DNA from: the human T2T-CHM13v2.0 reference genome, Homo sapiens
Assembly (NCBI RefSeq): GCF_009914755.1
Contig: NC_060940.1
Reading direction: 5' to 3' (one strand)
Length of the DNA stretch: 64,000 bases
Within the stretch, counting starts at the first letter, position 1, and every line of letters begins with the position of its first letter. The notes under the pieces were generated by a model. The model made no database searches. It worked only from the letters and a program-made list of their open reading frames with translations, and was not told the origin of the DNA. Both the position numbers and the translations under genes were made by a program. This document shows positions 52,411 through 64,000 of the stretch, piece after piece.

Positions 52411-53189
52411 GTAGAGATAGGGTCTTACTATGTTTCCCAGGTTGGTCTTGAACTCCTCTCTCAAGCAATCCCCCCACCTTGGCCTCCCAAAGTCCTAGGA
52501 TTACCAAGCGGGAAGGGTTGCCACAGTGCCCAGCCTCCCCTGGCTATTTCTATCCCTTCAGCCCTACCATGCTCAGCCTGGGTCAATGAGCTGACAAGGC
52601 AATTTGCCTTAGATAAGGCTACCAATTAGAATATCTCCCTGATGTATAAAAGCAAGAGAAATGGCTGCCAGCCACACTGTGCTGGAAGGCAGAAACCTCA
52701 AGTACTGGTTCTGACTTTGCCACTGAGTTGCTGTGTGGCCTTAGGCAAACCCTCCCCATCTCTGGGCCTTAGTTTCTTTTGGGAATAAATAACGGAATTG
52801 AGTTGAGCCTATGTATTAGTCTACTTAGGCTGCCAGAAGAAAATATCACAGACTGGGTGGCTTAAACAACAGAAATCAATTTAAGATTGTGAGACAGCAT
52901 TAATCTCATGGGGTTATTTTGAGAACTGAGACTGAGTTCCTGCATACAAAACTCTCGGCATAGTGTTTGCCACACAGTAAGCTCTCAGTAAATATTTGTC
53001 AATGAATGTATGAAGAAATAAAAGTGGAAAATGCAAATAAGTAAAAACACTGACAAGATTACAGCCAGGAAATGGCTGTTGTAATTCTAATTAGCTATAT
53101 AGCCTTCCAATATTTTCCCATGCAAATAAAGACATATGTTACTACCAAAACGGGACCATATTATACCTATCTAGATTTTCAAAAATATT

Positions 53190-53765
53190 TCATTATTTTA
53201 TTGAAATATAAGTCACATGTCATAAAGTTTACCTTTTTAAAGTGTACAATCTAGTGGTGTTTAGTATATTCCCAAAGTTGCACTAACATCATCACTATTT
53301 AATCCCAGGACATTTTTACCACCCCCAAGATAAAACTCATGCCCATTAGCAGTCACTCCTCATCCCCGTCTCTTTCCCCTTCCCCAGACCCTGTCAAACA
53401 CTTTCTGTCTCTGTAGATTTGACTATTCTGGAAATTACACATAAAAAGCATCATATGACATGTGGCCTTTTGTGGCTGGCTTCTTTCCTTTACCATAATG
53501 ATTTCCAGCTTCATCTACATTGTAGCATGTTCTTCTTATGGCTGGATGATATGCCTCTGCACGAATACACCACACTTTATTTACACATTCATCAGGTCAT
53601 GGACATGTGGGTTGTGCCCACTTTTTGACTAGGATGAATGACACTGCTCTTTGTGTACAAGTTTTTTATGGACATGCTTTCAGTTCTGTTCGGTAGACAC
53701 CTAGGAGGGGAATTGCTGGGTCATATGGAAACTCTATGTTGAATTTTTGGAGGAACTGCCTACAC
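53190..53765 (-). mobile_element. L1MB/ME-type 3' fragment
   Basis: tttaaagtgtacaatc...cccattagcagtcactcc...ggaattgctgggtcatatggaaactctatgtt. Confidence 0.75.
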
Positions 53766-54599
53766 CGCACAACAGTTTATAACCTGTTATTTTTTCCTTT
53801 CACAACGCATCCTGTCTTCATTGTTAATAAGTAGCTGTGCACATCACTATTTTGAGTGAATACATCATATTTCCTTAGCCAGCGGTATCACAGTGTGTTT
53901 AGTGAATTCCCTATTGTTGGACATTTAATAATCCCATGAAAGAGGTTTGAGTGACTTCCTTGTGTCCCCAGCAGCTTGTAAATGACAGTTTTCCAGGTGT
54001 GCCCAGAGCACTCTGTATCCCCTTAATTTGGTGATTTCACATTGCCTTGACATCACACCTACTGCTCCTCCACCCTATATGTGTTGTCTACAATGGTGAA
54101 CCCCTTGAGAAGCTGAACCATGTCTTGAATTGACCTTTGTATCCATTATACATGGCCAGGTGCCTGGCATTTTGGTAAATGTTCACAGAATGGATGGGTA
54201 CATGAATGGATGGATGATTAAAGCCAGGAGCTATTGAGAGATGGAATCATTTTTACATTCTGTCCAAAAATTCCTGCTTTGGAAGGTAGTGATTTACCTG
54301 AGATTGGAAGTGTGTGAGAAGGCTTGGCTAGTTGGCAGGATACTGTGAAGCTAATTCAGGCATCAGAAAGTGGACTGGATAAAATTTAGGATCGCTTCCA
54401 AGCTTGAAATCCTGGAACGCTATGAAACACAAGCCCTGGGAGCTGAGATATGTCCTAACTTACCCAGCTGAGCTGTGAGGTGTGAGTGGCTCTAACATTT
54501 TCCAGTTGTTTCTGAGGACCTCAGATCAAAGCTTCCCTTTGCCTAAAAGCATCTGCCTGCTGGTGCGGGCCTTTGGGGGCCCTCAGAGAGCACTAAGGT

Positions 54600-54915
54600 T
54601 AGAGTCCTGCAAGGGTGACACCGTTATGCCACAAGCAGTTGGGCGAGTTTACAGCTCTCTGTAATCTGAGAGTAGAGTCCAGATTGGTTTGATGAAAGAG
54701 GGTAAACTGTGAGTGGGCGTGGCTTGAGGCCCCACTGGAAGCCCAGGGAGATCTGGGGAAAGGGAGGGCTTTTCTGATCTCTCCCAATTAGAGGATTAGG
54801 CAATTGGCAGTGCAGGGCGGTAACTGGGGGCCAGGGTGGCGCCAGGGCTGGACAGCACAGTCCCTCTGAGCTGCACGGAGACCTCGCAGGCCCCCGGAAC
54901 TGTCGCCCTTCCAGG
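54600..54915 (+). promoter_or_regulatory. TATA-less GC-box/CCAAT proximal promoter and 5'UTR of the CES1A2-type gene
   Basis: GGGCGTGG (~54715), GGGCGG (54815-54820) and CCAAT/ATTGG motifs just upstream of the ATG; CpG-rich sequence continues to ~55400. Confidence 0.75.
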
Positions 54916-54967
54916 ATGTGGCTCCCTGCTCTTGTCCTGGCCACTCTCGCTGCTTCCGCGGCTTGGG
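54916..54967 (+). CDS. CES1: Carboxylesterase 1 exon 1 coding part (signal peptide MWLPALVLATLAASAAW, CES1P1/CES1A2 type)
   Basis: ATG at 54916, 17 hydrophobic codons plus 1 nt, donor GTGAGT at 54968. Confidence 0.95.
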
Positions 54968-57084
54968 GTGAGTCCTTCTGAAGTCAAATATGCGGGGCAC
55001 TTTTTGAAATCCTTGTTCTGGGCCGAACTGGGCGCAGATGCGTAGAAAGGCAAAGACACAAAAGGTCCGGCTCCGTGGCGGGGCGCGACCTCCGTACTTG
55101 GAATTGGACTTGGAGCAGCTGAGCCCAGCCAGCCTGGCCCGCGCGGAGACACAGGGAGGGTGAACATGCTGAGACCGCCCTGCACTGCTTGCCCCAAGAA
55201 GGCCGGCAGCTGGCCCACCTCACTCCGCACACAAGAGAAATTTAGGCAGCTCAGTTTATTGTCCCATAATTCGTCCCGTTATGGCTCGATAACGGATAGC
55301 GGCTCAGGAGAATATTAAGAGCATCGACTCTGGAGCCAGAGTGCCTGGGTTCGAGTCCCCGCTGGGCGCTTCCTCGCTGTGTGTACTTAGGCAAGAGACT
55401 GAGCTATTCTGTGCTTGGGTTACCCCCTCTCTGAAACAGAGGTGGCAGTGCTACCTACCTCACTGGGCTTTGGTGAGGAGGAAATGGGTGGTTGTTTCTA
55501 AAGCACTCTTGGAAGCGCCTGGTATGTAGAAAGCATGAAAAAGGGGTGGATAAATTTAAAGGCGCTGTTTAAAAACGTAGTGTATGAATAGAAAATTTGA
55601 GCCGTGGTCAGGCCACTATATCAGGACCTCTTGCCATTAAAAAGACAGTTTCTTACTCATGTTCTCAACAGGAGGGGGACACCAGTGCGCGGGGCACAAG
55701 GGGAAGCAGCAGAGCCTGGGGAGGGGACAGGGCGGATCTGAGGCCAAGGGGCTTTTACTGTGGCTTCCAAGGATAGAAGAGGAAAGGCAGGGCAGGCAGG
55801 CTGAGGACTGGCAAGTTGGGATACTTCAGGGGCTCTGGGGCACAGGGGCTGTTCCTAATTGTTTTGTACCTAGCCCTGGCATGATTAGGGCAGGTGGGTA
55901 GTGGCCAGGGCATGGCAACCCGATCAAAGAGGCAGTTGGGGTGTGGGCTCTGGGGTGGCTGGACGCTGGGAGGGACAGTTTCTCCAAGGTCAACAAGGCC
56001 TCAGATGCCAGAGTATCAGAATACAGAAAACAAAACACATGGTACATAGAGGGGTGCAGCGAGGGGCCTCGAAATACCCCCATGCCATTTTATAGACAGA
56101 GAAACTGAGACTCACACAGGGAAATGTACTTGCCCAGGGTCAACCCGAAAATCACGCCTAGGTCTGTCTCTGGGTCCTGAATCCTGACAGCCCAGCCCCG
56201 TCTGCATCCTGTCTTCCTTCTGGCAGCCTGACACTGCGAGAGCTCTGGAACTGTGGGGAAGGGCAGAGAAGAGAGGAAGCCTATTTGGAACTGAATGTTC
56301 CTTTACCTCTGGTTACTCCTGGCAATGCCATCCATTTCCTTCCTTAGGAAGACCATACAGGCTGCCTCCACTTCCTCAGTTTCCTCCTCTGTAAAATGGG
56401 CATGTTGATGCCTACCCAGTAAGGCTTATTTGAAGATGGATTTAAACAAACTGGAATGCATGCCTGGCACATAGTAGGTGCCCACCATGTTCGTGCTTCA
56501 TATAACATCAGCAGCAACTGGTCTTGTTCTCACACTTGTTTCTGCCTCCCCCCATTCACCCACTTTTTCACCCTTGGCAATCTGGCTGCCATCCACCTCA
56601 TCCTGTTGAAGGGAATCCCTGAGCTGAGCATGACCAGCCCAGTGGTTTCTTCTCTGACTTGACTCTCCTCCACCTCCCTGAAGTCCTCAGCAATCTTAGC
56701 TGGTTCCTCGCCCTCTTGCTCCCTGGGCTTCAAAGACATGGGAACGTTCTCTCTCCCCTATTCTGATGGATCTTTGGTCTTGGCCGTAGTGGTCCCTGTG
56801 TTTGACCTTTGTTTTTTTTTCTCTTCCCTCTCACACTGGCATCTTCAATGAAGCCATACACATCCACCGTATGTACCCTCACAGTCCAGGAGAAGATTCT
56901 GCCCTGCTCCCTCACCAGGCTTCCTTCCAGCTTTGAAGTGCGCTCATCCTGTGGCATCATCTTGCCTGGATATCCCACTCACATCTCCACCGAGCCTGTG
57001 TAAACAGGGATCCAGCATTACAAGCCAGCTCTTTGGTCTTCTTTCCCTTCCATTTCCCCCACCTCTGGTCAGGGACCAAGTCTT

Positions 57085-57129
57085 TTCTTTTCCTTTCTTT
57101 TCTTTCCCTCCCTCCCTCACTCCCACTTG

Positions 57130-57164
<35 letters not shown>

Positions 57165-57455
57165 TCCTTCCTTCCTTCCTTCCTTCCTTCCTTCCTTCCT
57201 TCCTTCTTTCCTTCCTTCCTTCTTTCCTTCCTTCCTTCCATCCTTCCATCTTTCCTTTCCTTCTTTCCTTCTTCTCTCTCTCTGGAGGAGCCAGGATTAC
57301 AGGCTCATGCTACCACACCCAGCTAATTTTTCTATTTTCAGTAGAGAGGGGGTTTCACCATGTTGGCCAGGCTGGTCTTGAACTCCTGACCTCAAATGAT
57401 CTGCCTGCCTCGGCCTCCCAAAGTGCTGGGATTACAGGTGATCCACTGTGCCTGG
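57085..57455 (-). repeat. (CCTG)n(CCTT)n compound microsatellite followed by a partial AluS
   Basis: Tetramer arrays at 57128-57245; Alu sequence at 57290-57455. Confidence 0.9.
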
Positions 57456-59008
57456 TCTCCAAGTCTTTCAAAATACCTTTTAGACATCATCATATTTCTA
57501 CATATTTTTTCTTTTTTTATTTAAAATTTTAAAATAATTAAGATGGGGGGGAGGATTTCAGGTGAAGACCGGAAATCCCATACAGTGCTGAAAAGGTGGA
57601 AATCACCAAGAAAACAGGCCACATGTAATGCCACCACCCATTGCTATGTCGATAAACATGCTTCCAAGGAAGTTCATCTCAGTATTATTTGTAATTAGCA
57701 ACAACAACAAAAGAAAAGAAGCTAAATATTGACATTGCAGGGTTGGCTATTAATAAGATGAGACATGGATGCTGTTGTGTAACTGGGCTTTCCATAATGG
57801 GTTTCCATTGTGATTGGATATTCCCCTTTAAGACCAAATCTGAATTGTTCTGTTCTGCTCTAGCCCCACACTTTGAGGGAGGTGTTGACGTCTTGTCTGT
57901 ATCCAAAGCAGAGCAGCTGGGAGGACAAGAGGCTGGAAATCATTTCCTAGGAGGGAAGCTCAGAGAAACTGAGGTGACTGGAGCCAGATAGGACCTGAGG
58001 GGTGGGCAGCAAGATCAAGTGTCTGAAAGGCCACAGGCTGCAGATCAGATCAGGCCAGTATAGTCCCATGACAGGTAGAACCAGAACTGATGCGGAGGCT
58101 GTGGGAAATGAATTTCAGCTCAGTGAGGAAACATTGTCCGTGCTGCAAGAATGGAGCAGACCTGCCCAGGGCCACCAGAAGAATCTTCCTTGACCTGATC
58201 ACATCCTTTATCTGGAACGGTTCCTGCTGCTTATTTGTCCATTAAAGAAAACTCAAGCGCTTAGCCTGGCATTCTAAGCCCTCCCTGACATGTGCGGTCT
58301 CATTCCAGGAATATTTTCCACTCCCCCCAGACTCCACCTGGTGCATGTGGGCCATGCCCCCTTCCCCAGGCAGGCTCTGCATTCTGCTGCTCTGAGCCTC
58401 AGCAAATTCCCTTCTCTCTGCTGTGTACCACTCTCTGCTTCTCATCTCCCCTCATTCAGTCCTCCCCTGCCGCAAGTCCCAGCTCCTCCATGATGCCCGC
58501 AATCAGAAGGCCTTGCCCCCTCTTCTAATTCCTAGACTGCCTTATGGGTACCTCTCCCAGGACATGGCCACTTCCTTCCCAGCTGTAGCCCCAGGTGTAT
58601 ATGTGACCCTTCCCTATAATGGTCAGTGCTTGTGAGAATATGGGACACCCCTTTTTCATCCTCTCATCCAGCATGCGGCTCAGTGCCAGGATTCTAATGG
58701 ATAAATGTTTCCAGAGACTTCTAAGGGGGAAGCTAAATGTCTTGTTCTTTCCTAGTAGCTCTCCTTCTTGCATTTATTTTTAGCTGGATGTTTTTATGCC
58801 TCCAATTCTAGTTTGCCCATTAAACCAGCTCAATGGGTTAGGGAGGACATTGATCGTCATCCCTATTGTACATCAAGAGAAACTGAGGCCTAGAGGGTTT
58901 AGGTGACTTATTTAAGGTCACTCACTTAGAAAGCGGCAAACTCCACCTGGAATCTGGGTCCAGCCTTTTGCCTCTGATGCATCCTGATTTATTCTCCATG
59001 TCCAGCAG

Positions 59009-59213
59009 GGCATCCGTCCTCGCCACCTGTGGTGGACACCGTGCATGGCAAAGTGCTGGGGAAGTTCGTCAGCTTAGAAGGATTTGCACAGCCTGTGGCC
59101 ATTTTCCTGGGAATCCCTTTTGCCAAGCCGCCTCTTGGACCCCTGAGGTTTACTCCACCGCAGCCTGCAGAACCATGGAGCTTTGTGAAGAATGCCACCT
59201 CGTACCCTCCTAT
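59009..59213 (+). CDS. CES1: Carboxylesterase 1 exon 2 (alternative NAGNAG acceptor at 59006)
   Basis: Acceptor tcCAGCAG; encodes [18 protein letters not shown]...[16 protein letters not shown]...KNATSYPP(M); donor GTAAGC at 59214; matches ORF track 59029..59217. Confidence 0.96.
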
Positions 59214-60670
59214 GTAAGCTGCGGCATGTGTCCTTGGGGATGTTTACCTCAAAGTGATGCAGGAAGGAGTCAAGGCAGTCCCCTGATGGGCTGATCCTTT
59301 GCTCTGGACTCCTTAAGATCTTTGTAGATCCTTAAGAACATTCCAGAACTCTCACAGCATTCTGGAGTCCATTATTTAACACATGTTTATTGAGCACCTG
59401 CTGTGTGCCAGGCGTGTTCTGGGTTCTTGGGATCCATTAGTGAAAAAGCAAAGATCCCTAGGTTCCTGGAGCGTGCATTCTAGCAGGGGGAGACAGATAA
59501 GAACAATATGCAAATTACTCCGTGGATTATGTGATATGATAGAACAGGAAAAGTGCCTTGGAAACAAAGAAGCAGTTAAGCAGGTGAGGGAGATCAGAAG
59601 GAAGGATCCCATGAATTCTGCTGTCTTGAATTTTGACATAGTCGGGGAGAGGAGTGGGCCAGGAGGTGTGTGGGTGGCAAGTGTACTGAGGTGTCCACTC
59701 GGCAAGTGCTCAACTCTCAGGTGTGCCTATTCCTGAGGAGAACAATGGAAGGTGTGTCCATTCACCCTGGCCAAGCTGGGAAGAAAAGCCCAAAGGTTCT
59801 AATTGGCCTCACCATCACTCCCCAGGGTAGGAAGGACCCTACAGACATCAGAGCAGACCCTGCTCATCTCAGCAGCCAGGTGTTCGGAGGCTTTCCAGCA
59901 GCCCACCAGTGGCCGCCTTCTTTTCTTCCCTTTTTTAAAAAATAATGTTTACTGTTTTTATTTTCTGAGTGCAAATGTAATATATACTTATTACAGAAAA
60001 TTTAGGAAATACAGAGAAAGGAAAGTAAGAAAATTAAGATCACATACAATATTCCACCACCCAGAGAGAACAACTATCAGTATTTTAGATGGTAAAGTAT
60101 TATGATGTAATATATTGTTTGTATTCCAGTTTTTTTGCCTGTTGATATACTTTCTTTCTTTAAAAGGGAATGCTATATTGAGATAATTTGGATGCCTGCT
60201 TTGCTCATTTATAAGTATATCATGAGCATAATTCCATGCCATTAAATAGCACAGCCTGGTATTAAAAGCTGCATTACATTGGGTATTGAACCATAATTAA
60301 TTTCCCCAAGCTTTTATTTGGGGTCATTAAGTTATATATGATGTTTTTAATAATATAACATCATGAATGTGAAACATTTATGCACATTCATGAATAGTTT
60401 AGGATAACTTCTCAGAAATGACATTTCTGAGTCAAAGAGTATATATTTCTTGTTTGATTTCCCTCCCAAAATATTCCAACTACACTCCTCCCATTGACGT
60501 ATGAACATCTCCATTTGGCAGACTCTTGGCAATGCTTGGGATTATTAAAAATATTTTTGGCTATTGTATAGGCAAAATAATAATAACAATACCAGCAATA
60601 TTATTTTCCTCTTTAATTTGCATTTATCTGAAGACCAGTGAGTTCTTTTTTCCTTTCTTCACATTGGAAT

Positions 60671-60702
<32 letters not shown>

Positions 60703-61684
60703 GTTATTCCTCTTGCACTTGGTGATCTTAGGAAAATTTCCCAGGATGGAATCAAGAAGTCATCTTTGCTGGCTCTGATTCTGTCACTTGAGAGCTGTGT
60801 CATCCCAGAGTCTGAGTGCCTCAGTTTCCTCATGTACCTAGTGGGGGCGGTGATGACTGCCTTTTGGTACATTGAGGTCTGGGACTGTTGCTTATAATAT
60901 ACTTGTGTATAAGCACCACATGGCATGGATCTACCTGGCTATGTAACCTTGGTCAGGTTCTCTAACCTGCCTAGGCTTCAGTTTTCTCATCTGTAAAATG
61001 GAGATAATAGAACCTACCTAATGGGACTAGTCTGAGGCTTAAATGAGTTAATATACAAAAGGTACTTAAAACAGTGCCTGGAACACTGGGAGAACTAAAT
61101 AACTATTACCAGTGTTCATCTATGTTGCATCCTTGAGATCTTTCATCAGGGCAACACAACAGCAACTGCCTGGGAGAGGCAGGTGGTAGAATCTTGGCAT
61201 GTCAGGGCTGCAAGACTCATGTAGAAATCACTCCGCTCACTTAGACCTGGCGGATTGGGACGCAGAGTGTAAAAGGAATTCACCCAAGGTCACCCCATAA
61301 ATGCATGGGAGAGACAAAACTAGAGCACAATTCTCCTGATGTTGTCCCACAAAGATATCACCCCTGAGCTATTGTGAGAAATGTCACCTCCCAGGGAGGA
61401 TCAGTGTATTAGTGGTCTCCCCTCCTTGATGCTGGGAGTTCCAAAGGCTCTGGAAAGGGAAGAGGTGTGAAGCCCTTCTCACTCTGCTTGGTCTTAGGAG
61501 ACCTTAGTGAGTCCCAGCGCCCCCACCTGAAGCCCCTGATAGCCTCCTACCCACTACAATGTCGTGAGTCTGTAACTATCAAGTCCATTTCCAGGCTTAA
61601 ACCTCCCAGTCCAAGGCGCTGCCGTAGAAAACACCTCGCTTAGATCTGGCTGAACTTCAGGGGTTCTTCTTTCCCCCTCCCCAG

Positions 61685-61829
61685 GTGCACCCAAGATCCC
61701 AAGGCGGGGCAGTTACTCTCAGAGCTATTTACAAACCGAAAGGAGAACATTCCTCTCAAGCTTTCTGAAGACTGTCTTTACCTCAATATTTACACTCCTG
61801 CTGACTTGACCAAGAAAAACAGGCTGCCG
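61685..61829 (+). CDS. CES1: Carboxylesterase 1 exon 3 (open, contains type-B carboxylesterase [12 protein letters not shown] signature)
   Basis: Polypyrimidine tract plus CAG acceptor; 145 nt; [48 protein letters not shown]; donor GTAAGT at 61830. Confidence 0.96.
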
Positions 61830-64000
61830 GTAAGTTGTGGGACCCCCTGGTCAAGGCGTGTCAGTGCCAGTACCCCGCATCTTCTGGGGCAGAATGGAAG
61901 GGAGTGAAGGCAGCTTGGGGAGGGAGCTGCACAGGCCAGGATTGTTTCAGAGACCCCAGGGCCTCCACAGGAAACACTGGTTTTCCACACATCAGTTTAC
62001 CCTCGTGACATAGGCACTCTGGGGGAGTTTGTTTTGCATCTTTAATGAACATCTTAATTGTTCCAAGTTCCCTCATGCTAATAGAAGGATGAGAATGATT
62101 ACTTTTAGTTACTAGATTAAAAATCTGATACCAAGATTGGGTAAGACATGATTTTCAATGTTAGTGGTGGAAAGAACTTAGAGAAAAGCCAACACCCCAA
62201 CTCTTCCTTTTCAAATAGAGAAACTGAGGCCCAGACAGGGAAGGGGAGGTCACCCAGTAGGGTAGTTTTGGCTCAAGTCTTCTGATCTTCACATCAGTGC
62301 TTTTGACATGGAGTAGGGCATTGAGCTTGTATGTGGCCTTTCTCCAGCACAGCAACATTCATCTGGGGTAACTTTCACTGTCCAGGTACGGATGTTGGGG
62401 GCGGAGCCTGGACAATCCCAGAAGCTCTTCCTTTTGCCTTTGGCCAAATAGCTGGGATTTCTTTTTGTACCTAATTTCCCTCCCTAATTGTCTTGGCAAA
62501 GGCTGATGACCCAGTGAGTCAGAATTTCCCAAATAAATGAAGGGCAGGACATGGGGCAGCCCGCCAGCTGCAGGTTGGAGGGTGGGGAGGGTCTGCTGGC
62601 AAAGGAGGCACCCAGGGTGAAAAAACAAGGGGTGTTGTGTCTAGCCAGTCTCCCAGGGGCACCGTGGCATGGTGCCTAGGAGTGGGGGAGCAGGTCTGCG
62701 AACGTGGAACTAGAAGTTGGTCCTACATGTGCTTTGTGAGACACAGGAAGTGAGAGAAAGGTTTACTCATTCATTCATTCATTCATTCATTCATTCATTC
62801 TTCTATTGTGTACTCAGTGCCCCATATACACAGTTAGACCTGGGGCTTCAGGGAAAGGAGGAACATGAATCCACTCCACACAGCCCCTGCCTTCAAGGAT
62901 CTTGCCTTCTGGGCTGTAGAGACATATCCTCCCTTCAGCACTTTATTGCAGGCCAGCCCTCAGGCTCAGTCTTCACACAAAGATGAATGCACACTCAATC
63001 CCTCCCCAGGAGGCAGGCAGGGATTAGAGTTGTGGGAGAAACAAGGGCTCTGGGAACCTGGAGTCAGGAGAACCTCCAGGAATGGCCACAGGCTCTAGAA
63101 CTACACGGTCTGGGTTTAAATCCTGGTTCTGCTTTTGACTAGCTGAGAGACTTGGGAGTTTCTTAACTTCTCTAAGCCTCTGTTTCCTCAAAATGGGAAT
63201 CATCACATATGATCAGTCAAGGGTGACCACTAAGCGTGATCTCAGTCCCTGGCTAAAAAGGCAGAGGCAGGCTCATACCCCTGCCCTAACAGTGGACTCA
63301 CTGCACTGTGGCCGGCGCCTGCAGTGTGCTGGGCAGCTCAACATGTGGACTCTGGAGGCAGACTGCCTGGGTTAAAGTCCTGCTGCTACCACTTTTGAGT
63401 TGTAGGACCTTGGGCAGGTTAAGTGCCTCCATTTTCCCACCTGGATAATGGGACATTATCAGTACCTACCCAATGTATAGTTTATTTTACTGTGCTTAGA
63501 ACAGCACTTGGGACATAGTTTATGTTACGAGTTCTTTTATATTTCATGAATAATATTATTACAATATCATTATTTTAGCCACTCTCACTTCTTCCCCACT
63601 ATGTGGACTTTTAAAATGCAAGAATCATGCATGAGGAATTGTATCCACTCTCATCCTCCAGTATTAGCAGAGTCCCTGGCACATGCTAAGTTCTCGACAG
63701 TGTTAGTCCATTGACTGAAGGCATCCTGAAGTGGGTGGGTTTTAGGCTGGGTTCTGCAGGGTGGATAGGATTTGGGGATGCAGAGGCATAAGGAGGCATT
63801 TGAGGAAGAGACACCATCACAGGCACGTGTGCTTCTCGAGACAATCATTCATGCACAGAGAAGTTTACTTCACCAAGAGATAGTTAACTGAGATGAAGCT
63901 GAGATACAAGGGCTGCCCCATGGGTACGCTGAGTGCATGAATAGTCTAGGCTTGAGGGTGATGGGAGTGTCCTCCCGAAGAGGACATCCTTAGCCTTTGC

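Larger units (their letters stand above)
49716..64000 (+). repeat. Segmental duplication, copy B
   Basis: Aligns to 18535-24320; contains ~8 kb (51154-59202) absent from copy A. Confidence 0.93.
54873..64000 (+). other. CES1P1: CES1-family gene at the CES1P1 position, apparently the functional CES1A2 (CES1P1VAR) hybrid allele; exons 1-3 visible, continues past window end
   Basis: Three exons with canonical GT-AG sites splice in frame to [134 protein letters not shown] with no stop. Lies downstream of, and co-oriented with, the pseudogene copy. Start coordinate is approximate. Confidence 0.85.

Noticed and set aside
56933-57532. 199-aa ORF with PACL/PSFL repeats
   Set aside because: Tetranucleotide repeats followed by Alu-derived sequence.
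63900-64000. Status of the exon 4 Gly143 (G143E) site in copy 2
   Set aside because: By alignment with copy A, exon 4 begins ~290 bp beyond the window end and cannot be read.

Overview
Human (or very close primate) genomic DNA from the chr16q12.2 carboxylesterase-1 cluster, identified from exon translations. The window holds two same-strand (+) CES1-family copies. Copy 1 (~19.97-44.6 kb) is an unprocessed pseudogene consistent with CES1P2. It has lost its promoter, exon 1 and almost all of exon 2 through an ~8 kb deletion. It lacks exon 5 with the catalytic GESAG serine, has only a displaced fragment of exon 6, has a TGA in exon 8, and reads HRGG for HGGG and C-terminal HIAL for HIEL. Copy 2 (from ~54.9 kb, running off the end) shows a promoter and exons 1-3. 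Its exon 1 encodes the CES1P1-type signal peptide (MWLPALVLATLAASAAW), but exons 2-3 are open and CES1-like, which is the pattern of the functional CES1A2 hybrid allele. The first 18.5 kb is mostly nested mobile DNA: a full-length Hsmar1 inside an old L1, an ERVL/MaLR internal region, and a 3'-truncated L1 carrying an antisense HNRNPA1 3'UTR retrocopy and a tailless Alu. Two minisatellites (~160 bp and 120 bp units) are present. I see no evidence of a wholly new biological system. The most interesting signals are rearrangement junctions, the hybrid allele state and unusual retro-insertions. Reference comparisons come from memory, not from searches, and repeat subfamily names are tentative.
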